This document shows, in pieces, positions 46,014 through 56,750 of a stretch of 64,000 nt of DNA. The position numbers and the translations under genes were made by a program. Within the stretch, counting starts at the first letter, position 1. Every line of letters starts with the position of its first letter. Source of the DNA: an uncultured Planctomycetota bacterium. GTDB taxonomy: Bacteria > Planctomycetota > Planctomycetia > Isosphaerales > Isosphaeraceae. The notes beneath the pieces were generated by a model. It was not told the DNA's origin. It did not search any database and saw only the letters and a list, made by a program, of their open reading frames with translations. Location: contig CAWJTV010000020.1 in NCBI GenBank assembly GCA_963845755.1, positions 544,001 through 608,000 of the forward strand. The letters are read 5' to 3'.

Positions 46014-47723
46014 TCACCGAGCCAAGGGGCCGAAGCAGATCAGGGTGATATCGTCAACCTGGACGTGGTTCGCGGAGAATTCACGGATGTCTTGCAGGAT
46101 CGCCCGGCCGACGGCTTCCGGGCCACCCTGGGTCTCGGCCAGCCTCCGGAGCAGGCGGCGGTTCTCTCGCGACTCGTACAGTTCCTCGCGGAGGTTGCGC
46201 GCATCGGTCACGCCGTCGGAGAACACGGCAACGACGTCGCCGGGAAACAGTTTCACGTCGGTCTGCTTGTAGTCCGACTCCGGGATGATTCCCAGCGGAA
46301 ACCCGGCGATCTCCTCGCCGATCTCGTCAATGCTTCCGTTGGCCCGGCGGATCACGACCGGTAGGTGACCGGCCGAGGTCAGCGTCAAGATGCGCCTGGG
46401 GATGTCGAGGACGCTCAGGCTGAGCGTGATGAACTTCTCTTCGATCCCGGCCGAAAAGAGCAGGCTGTTCAGCTCGTTGGCGGCGGCCGAGGGGGAATCC
46501 TCGGTCAGGATGCAGTAGCGAGTGTCGCCCGAGAACTTGGCCATCATCAGCGCCGCGGCGACGCCTTTCCCCGAGACGTCGCCCACGGCGAAGGCCAGCC
46601 GATCGTTGGGCAGCGGCACGAAATCGTAGTAGTCGCCACCCACCTCGTAGGCCGGGTCGTAGTGGGCGAAGAACTCGAACCCGGGGACCGAGGGGACCGA
46701 CTGGGGCAGGAATCGTTTCTGCACCTGCTCGGCCAGTCTCAGGTCTCGGTTGAGCCGCTCCCGTTCCAGTAGCGACTCGTGCATCGCCGCGTTCTGGATC
46801 GCGATCGCCGCCTGGCTGGCCACCGCGGCCAACACGTCGAGGTCCTCCTGGAGGAATTGCTTGCGGTCGCTGGTGTCGAGCTGGATGATCCCCAGGGCTT
46901 CGCGGTCGGGCGCGAGCAGAGGTACGCACATGACCGACCGGATCTTCAGATCGGCGATCGAGGCGCTGGTCGGAAGGTTCTGATCGGAACTTGCATCCTG
47001 GCTGAGCACGGCCTTCTTCTGCCCCAGGACATGATTGACAATCGAGCGGCTGATGCTCATCGGGATCTCATCGACCGGGATCGTGGTCGAGAACTGGGCC
47101 CGCCGGATCGGCCGATACTTGAAGGCCTTGCGGACGAGGCGCTTGGTCTCCGGGTCGACGAGGACGAGGAAGAGCCGCTCGGCTTGCGGGAACAATTCCA
47201 TCAACGAATCGAGGATCTTGGGGGCGACAGTGTCGATTCTTAGCTCGGTCGAGAGGTTACGCGCGATCTCCAGGATCGCCTTGAGCTTGATCTCGGGCTT
47301 CACCAGGCTCGCCAGGGCACTGGAACGCGAGGCGTCGAGCGTGTGGAGTTGGGGCGAGTCCTGGTTCTCGCCCTCGTTCACGATCATGATATCCCCGCCA
47401 TCCTTGCCGGTCCCGTCGGAGGGGAGCCGGGGATAGAACAGGAACTCGACGTCGCAGATATTGATCCGGTCCCCTGGCGCGAGGCGGTGGTCTACTCCCG
47501 GCAGGACCTTGGTATTGTTGACCTTGGTCATATTGCGAGAGTTCAGGTCGGCCAGGTAGAACTCTTCGCCCTTCCGATAGATCTCGGCATGCCTGCGGCT
47601 GACCCCGTTGGGGTCGAGAATGATGTGGCAATGCTCGGGGGATCGGCCGATCACCACACGATCCGGCTTGAGCTCGATAATCTGACCAGCGGTCTCGCCG
47701 TTGGCCCGCTTCAGGAATGCCAT
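46014..47723 (-). CDS. FHA-GAF-PP2C (SpoIIE family) protein phosphatase
   Basis: IGR..VSRRHA..DLNSRN.T (FHA); IRSVMCVPL (GAF); VGGDYYD, GDVSGKG, SAGH, SDGVTDA, DDIT. Confidence 0.95.
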   Translation of the reverse strand: MAFLKRANGETAGQIIELKPDRVVIGRSPEHCHIILDPNGVSRRHAEIYRKGEEFYLADLNSRNMTKVNNTKVLPGVDHRLAPGDRINICDVEFLFYPRLPSDGTGKDGGDIMIVNEGENQDSPQLHTLDASRSSALASLVKPEIKLKAILEIARNLSTELRIDTVAPKILDSLMELFPQAERLFLVLVDPETKRLVRKAFKYRPIRRAQFSTTIPVDEIPMSISRSIVNHVLGQKKAVLSQDASSDQNLPTSASIADLKIRSVMCVPLLAPDREALGIIQLDTSDRKQFLQEDLDVLAAVASQAAIAIQNAAMHESLLERERLNRDLRLAEQVQKRFLPQSVPSVPGFEFFAHYDPAYEVGGDYYDFVPLPNDRLAFAVGDVSGKGVAAALMMAKFSGDTRYCILTEDSPSAAANELNSLLFSAGIEEKFITLSLSVLDIPRRILTLTSAGHLPVVIRRANGSIDEIGEEIAGFPLGIIPESDYKQTDVKLFPGDVVAVFSDGVTDARNLREELYESRENRRLLRRLAETQGGPEAVGRAILQDIREFSANHVQVDDITLICFGPLAR

Positions 47724-47786
47724 GCGCATCGACTCCCAACCGAACGCAGCCTCATTCAAGCCAGGTCAAGGTATCCTCACGCGATC

Positions 47787-49630
47787 CTACTGAGTCGACC
47801 GCCCCTCGGCTCCTCCGGTCGGCCTGGGCTGGACCAGACCCGCCGAGGCCGGCTTGGCCACTTCGATCCGATTGAGTCGCCGGAGTAGGGCCTGGATCGC
47901 CCGGCGAAGGGGCACCGCCATGGTCTCAGTCCTCGACTTCTGCACGATCTGGAGGGCGTCCCAGCACAATTCCAGGTTCAAGGCCACCAGTGCCGGATCG
48001 TGCATGGCCGTCACGTTGGCTTGCAATCGTTTCTCGAACGCCTGAGCGACCGCGTCGATATCCCCCTTCTTCAGTTTGATGGCGGCCTGGATGACCCCCA
48101 CGAGTTCATGGTCGCGCGTCTGAGCGTCCTTCCAGGTGTCGAGCTCCGACTGCAGGACTTCGAGCGCGTCCAGGTTGTTCGTGCGATACCAGGTCCGCGC
48201 GAGCTGCGTGTAGGCCTTCGAGACGGCCTCGTGCGAATGAGGATAGTAGCCGAGCACGGCGAGCCAGGCCGTGTCCGATTCGTCGCGCAGGCCTCGAAGA
48301 GGCCATACCTCAGTTGTTCATCCGGGCTGGACTGCTGGGGGATCTCCCGCCAGTGCGGATTGAGCCACAGGGCGGGCAGGGGGGTTGCCGGTTCCATGGG
48401 GCTCGTCATCACGTCCGGAGCCCGGGACGACCAACCCGAGACCGCGCCCACCAACAGGCCGGCCGCCAGGGCCATGATCGCGATCATGCCACGGAACTGG
48501 CCCCGATCGGCGCCCGCGGCGGCCTCCGGGACTCCCTCAGCCCGATTCGAGTCGGGAAGGGCCCGGGGCTCCGCGGGCCGGCTCGTCTTTGCGGTGGCGG
48601 CAACGGCCGGAGCCGGCCTGGACTCCCTGACCGCCATCGGACAGTGCGCGGCCGGTTCTGGCACCTCCTCGGTGCGTGTGATCGCTGCATCGAACTGCTC
48701 GGGAAGCTTCTCCGTCGCCCCCGCCTGGACCAGGTCGCGGATCTTGGCGAGGTCGGCCAGCATCATCGCGGCGGACTGGTAGCGATCCGCCGGATCCTTG
48801 GCCATGAGTTTCATCACCAGCCGGTCGATCTCCAGCGGTAGGTCGGGTCGATGACTCAGCAGACTTCGAGGGATCTCACGCACGTGCTTCAAGGCCAGGG
48901 CCACCGCCGTGTCGGCGCGAAACGGCGGCTCGCCGACCAGTATGAAATAGTAGGTCACCCCCAGCGAATAGAGGTCGCTGCGGTGATCCAGAGCGTGCCC
49001 CTGAGCCTGCTCGGGACTCATGTAGAGCGGCGTACCCATGGTCACGCCCGACTGGGTCAGGTTCAGCGCATCCTCACCTTCGAAGCGGCAGAGGCCGAAG
49101 TCCGCCACTTTCACCCGACCTCGCTTCGTAATCAGGATGTTCTCCGGCTTCACATCCCGGTGGATCAGCCCTTCCTCTCCGGCCGCGCCGATCGCCTGCG
49201 CGGTCTGCTTCATGATCGTCAGGGCCACCGGAATCTCCAGCGGCCCCTTCTTCCGGATGTACTCGCGGAGATTCGTCCCTTCGACGTACTCCATCGCGAT
49301 GAAATGGACCTCGTCGATGTTTCCGATCGCATAGACGTGGACGATATTGGGGTGATTGAGCCGCGCGATCGCCGTGGCTTCCGCCCGAAACCGGTTTAGA
49401 TAAGCACCTTTGGTCAAATAATCAGGACGGAGGACCTTCAGGGCGACCACTCGATTCAAGCTGATCTGGGTCGCCATGTAAACTTCGCCCATTCCGCCGC
49501 GCACCAGCAACTGCTCGACCTGGAAATCGCCGAGCGTGACCCCCGTCAGGTCCCCGAGCGGCACGCGATTGCCTTCGATGACCCAGCCGAGGGTGTCTTC
49601 GTTCGGGGATTGCCGGTCAACTTGGTTCAT
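47787..49630 (-). CDS. Membrane-anchored Ser/Thr protein kinase; frameshift near 48270
   Basis: GGMGEVY, VALKVL, HRDVKPEN, DFGL, GTPLYMSPEQ, SDLYSLG; TM helix then a helical C-domain. Confidence 0.9.
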
Positions 49631-50063
49631 GATCTCGATCCGTCTGCATCGGCAAAGGGGCTGTGCGACCTGGCGTCCGGGTTGCGACATCGCGACTTCC
49701 ACATCTAGTCTACGGAAATCGCAAATCGTCGGCAAATGGCAAAGCCCCGCGCCGTGAATTTGATACGTTCCTGGGAGTAAGATGGATCACTGACCTTGAG
49801 TGCAGATTCGGTTACGGGAGGCGAGATAAGCATTCCTGCCACCGGCCGGCGACGAGATACCAAGAAAATGGCGAGGCGACATTGTCTCGGGGCGAGTTGA
49901 CGGGGTATCGTAATGATGTTGGTCCCAACCTCGAGGTTCGATGGTCCGGGCTGGAGATGCTTAACCAGAGTGAACCCTCTGCGAGCATCGAAGAGTGCGG
50001 CCTGGAGATCATCCATCGTCGTCGATCGCATGACGACTCCATCCATTCTGGCGGAGGCCGGTG

Positions 50064-50873
50064 ATGCGTCAATCACGCAAGTTATGGCCCCGATTTGTGG
50101 CGATGGGCATTGGCTGTGCGCTCATCCCGGCCGTGGCAACCCTCGCCCAGCCGATGGATCCCGCCTTCAACCAGATCGTCGGGAATCCGCGGGGACTTCC
50201 CCATCTCCCACCGCAGGGGGCCTGGGGTGAGATCATCAACGTCACCTCGCGCTGGGTGGTCATCCAGAACCACTCGGGTCAGCAGTACCCGATATCCGTC
50301 AATGACTTGGGCGAATTCCTGGTTCGATGGCCCAGCAGCGTCGAAGCCCTGGGAAATCAGTCGCTCGTGGAGGCGGTCGGACGACATCTCGGTAACAATA
50401 TCGTCCAGACCGAGCACATCGACGTCTTCGAGGGGGGCGACCAATCCCTCGTCAGCCCAACCTATAACACCATTTTCAACAACAACGCCATGGCGGCGAT
50501 CATCGATCCCAGTTTCAACCAGTATTATAGCCCCTGGCATTTCGGCGGTGGGCTCAACATGCTCTACGGTTGGGCGTATCCCACGGGTGCCGGTCTGACC
50601 GCCGACATTCCCGCCCGCATTCATGTCGTCGGTAATCCGGTTAACCTCTCGCCGTTGCAACTCAATGTTCCCGGGAACAACCTCGCGACGGTCGGCAGTC
50701 CGCCAGGGACAGGGTTTACGGTCACCCAGGTGACGCGGGGCGACATCGCCTTCGTCAGGAAGGGGGATCACGTCTTCCTGATGCCGCAAGCGATCACGCC
50801 GAGAGGATTGATCCTCTCGCAGTTCATTCTGTACAAGACGATCCCGTTGCGGCTGTTCAACAGGGCGCGCTGA
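50064..50873 (+). CDS. Hypothetical secreted protein
   Basis: Signal-peptide-like N-terminus; 269-aa ORF; RBS GGAGG. Confidence 0.7.
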   Translation: MRQSRKLWPRFVAMGIGCALIPAVATLAQPMDPAFNQIVGNPRGLPHLPPQGAWGEIINVTSRWVVIQNHSGQQYPISVNDLGEFLVRWPSSVEALGNQSLVEAVGRHLGNNIVQTEHIDVFEGGDQSLVSPTYNTIFNNNAMAAIIDPSFNQYYSPWHFGGGLNMLYGWAYPTGAGLTADIPARIHVVGNPVNLSPLQLNVPGNNLATVGSPPGTGFTVTQVTRGDIAFVRKGDHVFLMPQAITPRGLILSQFILYKTIPLRLFNRAR

Positions 50874-50905
50874 CTTTCAGAGTCTGTTCCCTAAGTCCCC
50901 TCCTG

Positions 50906-51402
50906 AGCCCCCGGACGGGGGCGGAAGCACGTAGCCAGGGCGTGAGCCCTCGTTGTTCTACACAAGTCATAGATCCATAGGGAACAATGGGTTCCGTCAA
51001 GTTGCCGTGGCCAAATCGATCATTTTATACTAATAATGCTATATGTGCACTAGATAATTTATCGGTTTTTCGCGGGAAATCTCAATATCGGCGAAATCCT
51101 GATAAAAATATGCGTCGCAGGTGTATATACTGTACATGTAGTGTACACTGCCCGCGCGTGGCCCTGTTTCCCATTGCAACTCATTACTTCAAAATGGGTT
51201 ACGACTTGTGTAGATGACCGAGGCGTGAGCCCCTGGACGAGGGGAGTTCCTCCGATCGGGGAAGCCCCGGAGGGGCGACAGAAACCCTGTGGCCCTGAGG
51301 ACGTCTGTCGCTCCTCCGGGTCTCGAAGGACGGTCGAGGGGGTCGCGGTCGATCGTCCAGGGGCTCACGCCCCTGGTTACGTCCGGTCGCTCCTCTGGGG
51401 CT
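50906..51402. repeat. REP cluster (GTAG-type palindromes in inverted arrangement) between convergent genes
   Basis: GTAGCCAGG(G)GCGTGAGCCCCTGG and inverse CCAGGGGCTCACGCCCCTGGTTAC; AGCCCCGGAGGGGCGACAG and inverse CTGTCGCTCCTCCGGGTCT. Confidence 0.85.
50949..51222. mobile_element. 274-bp AT-rich MITE inserted in a REP hairpin
   Basis: TIRs CTCGTTGTTCTACACAAGTCATA / rc CTCGGTCATCTACACAAGTCGTA; perfect 9-bp TSD GCGTGAGCC at 50940-48 and 51223-31. Confidence 0.9.
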
Positions 51403-51474
51403 ATTGGAGCCGACTCTCATGATGTCGGCGACGTCTGAACGGTCCGCTTCTTGGCGACGACGCCCGCCCACGAT

Positions 51475-53120
51475 TCACTCGGACTTGCGGATCCCCTTGG
51501 GGGCGGGTTCATCCCGGTCGGGGAAGTCTTTCGTGGACGGATCGCTCTTCAGCAGGGGATCCTCGTTCTCTTGATCGTCATCATATCCCCGATAAAGCGG
51601 TAGATAACGATAGTAGACCTCGAGCGTGAGGATGGACAACGAGGTAACATACAGGCGGCCCGCCGTTTGCCCCCAGTGGTCGGGAGCGGGCAGATCGGGA
51701 TCCCAGCTTCCCAGGGCGCAGCCGTCTTCCTTGACCTGCATGCTGATCAGGAGTTCGCGGACCTTGGGATTCCAACTCTCCCAGTCCTTGTTCTTCATGT
51801 TGTGCAAGAGCTGGGTCGCGTAATACCAATAGTAGATGTTTCGTTCGTCGAGCGTCTCGAGGTGGGCCGCGATCTGCGCGGCCCCCTTGACCAGTGGAGG
51901 ATAGTTTCGGGGCCAGCCGAGCAATTGCCGGCTCAGCAAGCCCTCGGCCGTCATGACGTAGGAGAGGCCGCCGCGGCCGGGTTGATAGGAATACCCGATC
52001 CGATGCCGATCGACGGCGGCCAGGTCGAGATATCGCGAGCAGGCTTTGAGCACGTGCTTCGGAGGCTTGATCCGAGCAATGTGGGCGGTGCGCAGGGCGA
52101 AAATCTGCCATCCGAAAACCGACGTATCTCCATCTTGACCCGGGGAATAACGCCAGCCGCCGGTGTTCGCGCTCTGGGCATCGACGATGAACTGGACGGC
52201 CAACTGCGCCGGTTTCTTCAGGCGGGCATCTTGCGAGAGCCCGTACGCCTCACAGAGCGCCATCGTACCGATGGCGTGGCTGTACATGAAAGCGATCCCG
52301 CGCTGGCCGGTGTACAGGTTGCCGTCGGGGCTCTGGTGATCGATCAGCCAGGCGATCCCCCGGCGGATGGAGTCTTGATGCCGACTCTTGACCGTGTGCG
52401 TATAGCCGGCACCAGGAGAGGCAACAGGGACAGGCCGGTCGCGGCGGTGTCCGCCTCCATAACCTGGCGGTGGGAGCATCCTCCTCCCTGACACTGTTCG
52501 GCGTAATTCAGGCTCCACGACCCATCGGGCCGTTGATGCCGGACCAGCCAGTCGAGGCCATCTTCCACCGACTTCTCGGAGCGAGCGGTCCCCCCTTCGC
52601 GTTGCACGAGCCGGGCGCGAGTCAACCCTTGCCGGCCCGAGAACGGTGCCGAGACCGTCGCCGATAACTCGGGGAGTCGCACCGGGACCATCGAGGCGCC
52701 CTTGAGCTCCGTGAGCGGCGTCGGCCCGGCGAGGACCGGGGCGTAGTGGCTGAGGGAGGCAACTTCCGGCTGGCCGATGAGCTTCAGGTCCGGATCTTCC
52801 GGCCCCACGCCCAGCGAGGGCGGATCGGCGCTGTCTGTCAGCGTGAACGGATCTCCGGAGCGATTCGCCGGGACCAGCGACGTCACGTCGCCAAGTTGAG
52901 TATCCACGATCGCTCCCTCGATCGAGGCGTGACGGTTCGGATCGCGTCCCCACTGGATGATCAGGGCGAGGATTAAGAGAAAGAGAGCGTGCATCAGCAC
53001 GCTGAGTCCCCAGGAGGGGATCGATCGAAGCGTGCCCAAATCATATTCACCCTCACGCAACTGCTCCCAGCGGTTGCGGATTCCCTGGCTCAGCGAGATG
53101 ACCGGCCAGCCTTTAGCCAT
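51475..53120 (-). CDS. Membrane-anchored prenyltransferase/squalene oxidase repeat protein; frameshift near 52405
   Basis: S..H..F TM anchor; GLDWLVRHQRPDGSW, MYSHAI.TMALCEAYG, GGWRY, YYWYYATQ, LEVYYRYLPLY. Confidence 0.85.
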
Positions 53121-53267
53121 CGGCAGACCCTCATTCAGACGTGATCGACAGCGGTCGCCGCCTCGAAGAACGAATTCTTTCCTATTCTAATTCAACGAGA
53201 AGCCAGTCCGCTCAGCCGCGCCAACGAGGAATCCGGAGAACGAGGGCCGGAGCCGCTCTCCTCGCGG

Positions 53268-53873
53268 CTATCGGCCGCGTGCTGAACCGGCGGGCGCCTG
53301 GCCGCGACTCGGAACGGAGGGACGAGACATCATCCCCGACCGAGTTCGAGAGGTCTGTGCTTTGTTCGCGTTGGCATATTGCCCGTTCCGAATGGTGGGA
53401 TAATAGTTATGCGGCGTTGTCCGGACCATGACCGGCTGGCTGCGAGGCTGCGATCGGGTTTGCCAGGTCGAGCCCGCCGGGACCTGGGAATTCGCCCCCG
53501 GCGCCATCCCTGGCCGGCCCGGAGAGGGTCGCTGTGGACCGTTCTGCGGTTGCCTGCCGATGGAGGGCGTGGATCCGACGGTCCCACCCTTTGTGACCGG
53601 TCCCGAGGAGGCCACGTCGCGCCGTACCGTGGTCACCCGACCATAGTACTGGGCCTGTCGGGATACCGCGGGCTTACCTTTTCTTGAATTCAGGGGGGCG
53701 CCACTCGGTGGAACGGCGGAGTCCGCGCCGACGGAACCGATCGGTGCGCTCTGGACAGGGGGTATGGCAGCCCCGCCGAGATTGGAGGACCCCACGTCCT
53801 GGGCCCTCGCGACAGCCTCGCCGCCCAGGACTACCAGGCCCAACACCACGCCGATTCGCCAAGTGCCGATCAT
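53268..53873 (-). CDS. Hypothetical secreted low-complexity protein
   Basis: Signal peptide (..AVARA/QD); P/G/S/R-rich; HNYYP motif. Confidence 0.55.
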   Translation of the reverse strand: MIGTWRIGVVLGLVVLGGEAVARAQDVGSSNLGGAAIPPVQSAPIGSVGADSAVPPSGAPLNSRKGKPAVSRQAQYYGRVTTVRRDVASSGPVTKGGTVGSTPSIGRQPQNGPQRPSPGRPGMAPGANSQVPAGSTWQTRSQPRSQPVMVRTTPHNYYPTIRNGQYANANKAQTSRTRSGMMSRPSVPSRGQAPAGSARGR

Positions 53874-54235
53874 GAGTGCCTGCCCATCTGTGATTCGTGG
53901 GGATGGCGACCAGAGACCGATCCTCAACCCGTACACCTTCTGATCGCCCCGGTTCCTCTGATTATCCGCTCAACCGCCCCGAACTCAAGAACTCAGTCGC
54001 CCGGATCGAGGGATTCATCAAGCCGACCTTCAGGATCATGCCATCAATCACTCGTCCTCGTGAACGAGATCAAACGGGAGCCGCTCGCAATCGGCCAGGG
54101 GTTCAGCGACAATGACGCGACGTGGCCGCAACGGCTCCGGGGTCGGGGGATGCGGCTTTGAGGCGAGGCGTGCGGGTCGCCCGGCGCAGGCGCCTCGTCC
54201 AGGGGTGGATACCGGGTCGTAGGAGTTTGCTTCTA

Positions 54236-55610
54236 ATGAACATGACCACGAACCGTCGATCGTTCCTGTTCGGGGCCTCGGTCGCGGGCTTCGGCATCCT
54301 GGTCGAGGGCCGGAGGGGCTGGGCCGGGGGCGTCGGGCCGAACGAGACCTTGCAAATCGCCTGCATCGGCGTGGGCGGCAAGGGATCCGGCGACACGGAC
54401 CAGGCGGCCAACCACGGCCGGGTCGTCGCCCTTTGCGACATCGACCAGAAGCGGCTGGACCAGAAGGCCGCGAAGCACAAGGACGCCAAGCCGTACAACG
54501 ACTACCGCGAGTTGCTCCATGAGCTAGGCCCGCGGATCGACGCGGTGGTCGTCTCGACGCCGGACCACCACCACGCCCCGGCCGCCGTGACGGCCATGCG
54601 CATGGGCAAGCACGTCTACTGCCAGAAGCCGCTGACCCATTCCGTCTGGGAGGCCCGGCTGATGCGCGAGACGGCCCGTCAGAAGAAGGTCTGCACGCAG
54701 ATGGGCAACCAGGGGACGGCCCATCCAGGCTTCCGCCGGGGCGTCGAGCTGGTGCGCGCGGGAGCCCTCGGCGACATCACCGAGGTCCACGTCTGGACCA
54801 ATCGGCCGTTCAAATACTGGCAGCAGGCGCCCGACATCGTGGCGCGGCCCAAGGAGGAACCCGTCCCGGAGCATGTCCACTGGGACCTGTTCCTGGGTTC
54901 GGCCCCCGAACGGCCCTACAATCCGGTCTACCATCCCCACAACTGGCGAGGATGGTGGGATTTCGGCACCGGCGCCCTGGGCGATATGGCCTGCCACACC
55001 ACCAACCTGCCCTTCATGGCCTTGCAGCTCGGGCTTCCCGTGAAGGTCTCGGCCAAGAGCAGCGAGATCAACTCCGAGACCTATCCCGCCTGGTCGACGA
55101 TCACCTACGAGTTCCCGGCCCGAGGCAACCTGCCCCCGGTCAAGCTCACCTGGTATGAAGGCGCCAAGGACGGCAAGCGCAACCTGCCGCCGGCGCCGCC
55201 TGTTCCCTGACGGGAGCTTCCAGCCTTCCGACAGCGGCTCGCTGATGCTGGGCTCGAACTGGCGGATGTACTCCCCCAACGACTACGGGGCCAACCAGGT
55301 GTTCTGGCCCAGGGGCGAGTACAAGGATCTCAAGGTCCCCGAAGCGTCATTGCCACGTCTTGCGGGCGGGCGTGATATCGACAACAACCACAAGCGCGAG
55401 TGGGTCGAGGCCATCCATGCCGGCAAGCCGGAGATCGCCCTGTCGAACTTCGATTACTCCGCGACGCTCACCGAGGCCATGCTCCTGGGCAACATCGCCG
55501 TCCGCTCGGGCGAAGCCTTCGACTACAATCCCGAGACCGGCGAGATCACCGGCAGCTCGAAGGCGTCCCAGTACCTCAAGCCGTATTTCCGCAAGGGGTG
55601 GGAAATCTGA
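54236..55610 (+). CDS. Tat-exported Gfo/Idh/MocA oxidoreductase; frameshift near 55195
   Basis: NRRSFL, IGVGGKG, STPDHHH, HVYCQKPL, WRGWWDFGTGALGDMACH, RKGWEI. Confidence 0.92.
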
Positions 55611-55613
55611 GCG

Positions 55614-56455
55614 ATGGCCGGTAACACGTCATCGAAGCCGAGTAATGCCGAGCTCTTGAGGGGCCTCGAGCACCTCTCGATCGAAGATGCGTATTTCCAG
55701 GCCTGGGGAAGGGTCGGCGGGGCCGGAAGGCTCCGCCGGACCTTTTCGCTCTACGCCGAGATTCGGCGGATGGTCGAGTTCCAGATCCGCAAGAAGCATC
55801 CAGAACTCGACGCCTGTGAGGTTCAGCGCCTGACAGCCCAGCGGATGTATCTGTCGGATGATGCGCCGCAGCAGTTGCTCGATCGCTCGAGAGGCGGACC
55901 CGTGCAAACAGAAGGCCTGCCGGAAACCATGCGAAGAATCATGACGATTCTCGAAGACCTCGGACCAAGATTCCACTTCACTGGAGGCATTGCAGCCACA
56001 TACTACGGTGACCCTCGGCTCACGCAGGATCTGGACTTGGTGATCCAACTGGCCTCCGAAACGCCCAAAACCCAGGCCTTTCTCGAACATCTCGCGTTGG
56101 GATATCTCTTCCACGAACAGGCTGCGAGGGAGGCCATCGCGAACCACTGCCTCTTCCAGGCGATTGACGAAGCGTCCACGATCAAGATCGATTTCCACGT
56201 CGGTGAAAAGATCCCGGGCGAGCTCGACAGAAGCACTGCGCCGCGAGGTCTTGACGAGACTGGTCGTCCCACTGGTCTCCCAGGAAGACGCGATCCTTTC
56301 CAAGCTCCTCTGGATGAAACTAGGGTGCCATAAGGCCCGGCACGATCTCCGGGCGATGTTGAAGCGCGACGAAGAACTGGATCTGCGCCGTCCTTCACGA
56401 ACGGGCGATGATGCTCGGACTGAGCGATCTCTTGGCCGAGATCGATGCAGAATAG
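55614..56455 (+). CDS. Small helical antitoxin-like domain fused in frame to a nucleotidyltransferase (MenA1/MenT1-like); frameshifts near 56240 and 56386
   Basis: RLRRTFSLYAEIRRMVEFQIRKKHPE; then TGGIAA..YGDPRLTQDLD, KIDF, EDAILSKL, K..HDL. Confidence 0.75.
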
Positions 56456-56518
56456 TAAACCCACCGCATTGTTCGCGAGGTCCGGGATGCGGACAATGGC
56501 CTGGACTGGGATTAGCGG

Positions 56519-56750
56519 CAATACCGTTGAATTCGTGATAAACCGTAGGCAGAGAAGGGCCTGGTTCTCGTTCCCACGCTCCCGCGTGGGAATGCCGTCC
56601 TCGACGCTCCGCGTCGGCTGCGTCACGCCGCAGTGGAGACACCGCGGGGACGCAGAGCGTCCCAGAAGGGTGTTCCCACGCGGGAGCGTGGGAACAAGTC
56701 GTTCGCAAGTCCTGTCCTTACTCCTGGTTAGCGCTAATTCAACGGTATTG
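56519..56750. mobile_element. 232-bp MITE (IS4-like ends) carrying a REP doublet
   Basis: Perfect 15-bp TIR CAATACCGTTGAATT (56519-33 / 56736-50); perfect 10-bp TSD GGATTAGCGG (56509-18 / 56751-60). Confidence 0.92.
56567..56698. repeat. REP doublet (TTCCCACGC..GCGTGGGAA family)
   Basis: CTCGTTCCCACGCTCCCGCGTGGGAA and its inverse (25/26), enclosing GACGCTCCGCGTC / GACGCAGAGCGTC hairpins. Confidence 0.9.

Larger units (their letters stand above)
50880..51416. mobile_element. Candidate outer MITE (IS5/IS1031-like ends) enclosing the REP cluster
   Basis: Ends GAGTCTGTTCC / rc GAGTCGGCTCC (9/11); TCA on both flanks (50877-79, 51417-19). Confidence 0.5.

Noticed and set aside
49640..49800. c-di-GMP-I riboswitch suggested by GGCAAA/GCAAAGCC words
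   Set aside because: Required stems and GNRA tetraloop could not be built
50477..50490. AAC-rich stretch as a DGR template repeat
   Set aside because: It is an Asn run inside an unrelated ORF with no similarity to the FGE 3' end
50906..51402. Possible CRISPR array
   Set aside because: Repeats are inverted palindromes without regularly spaced unique spacers; no cas genes
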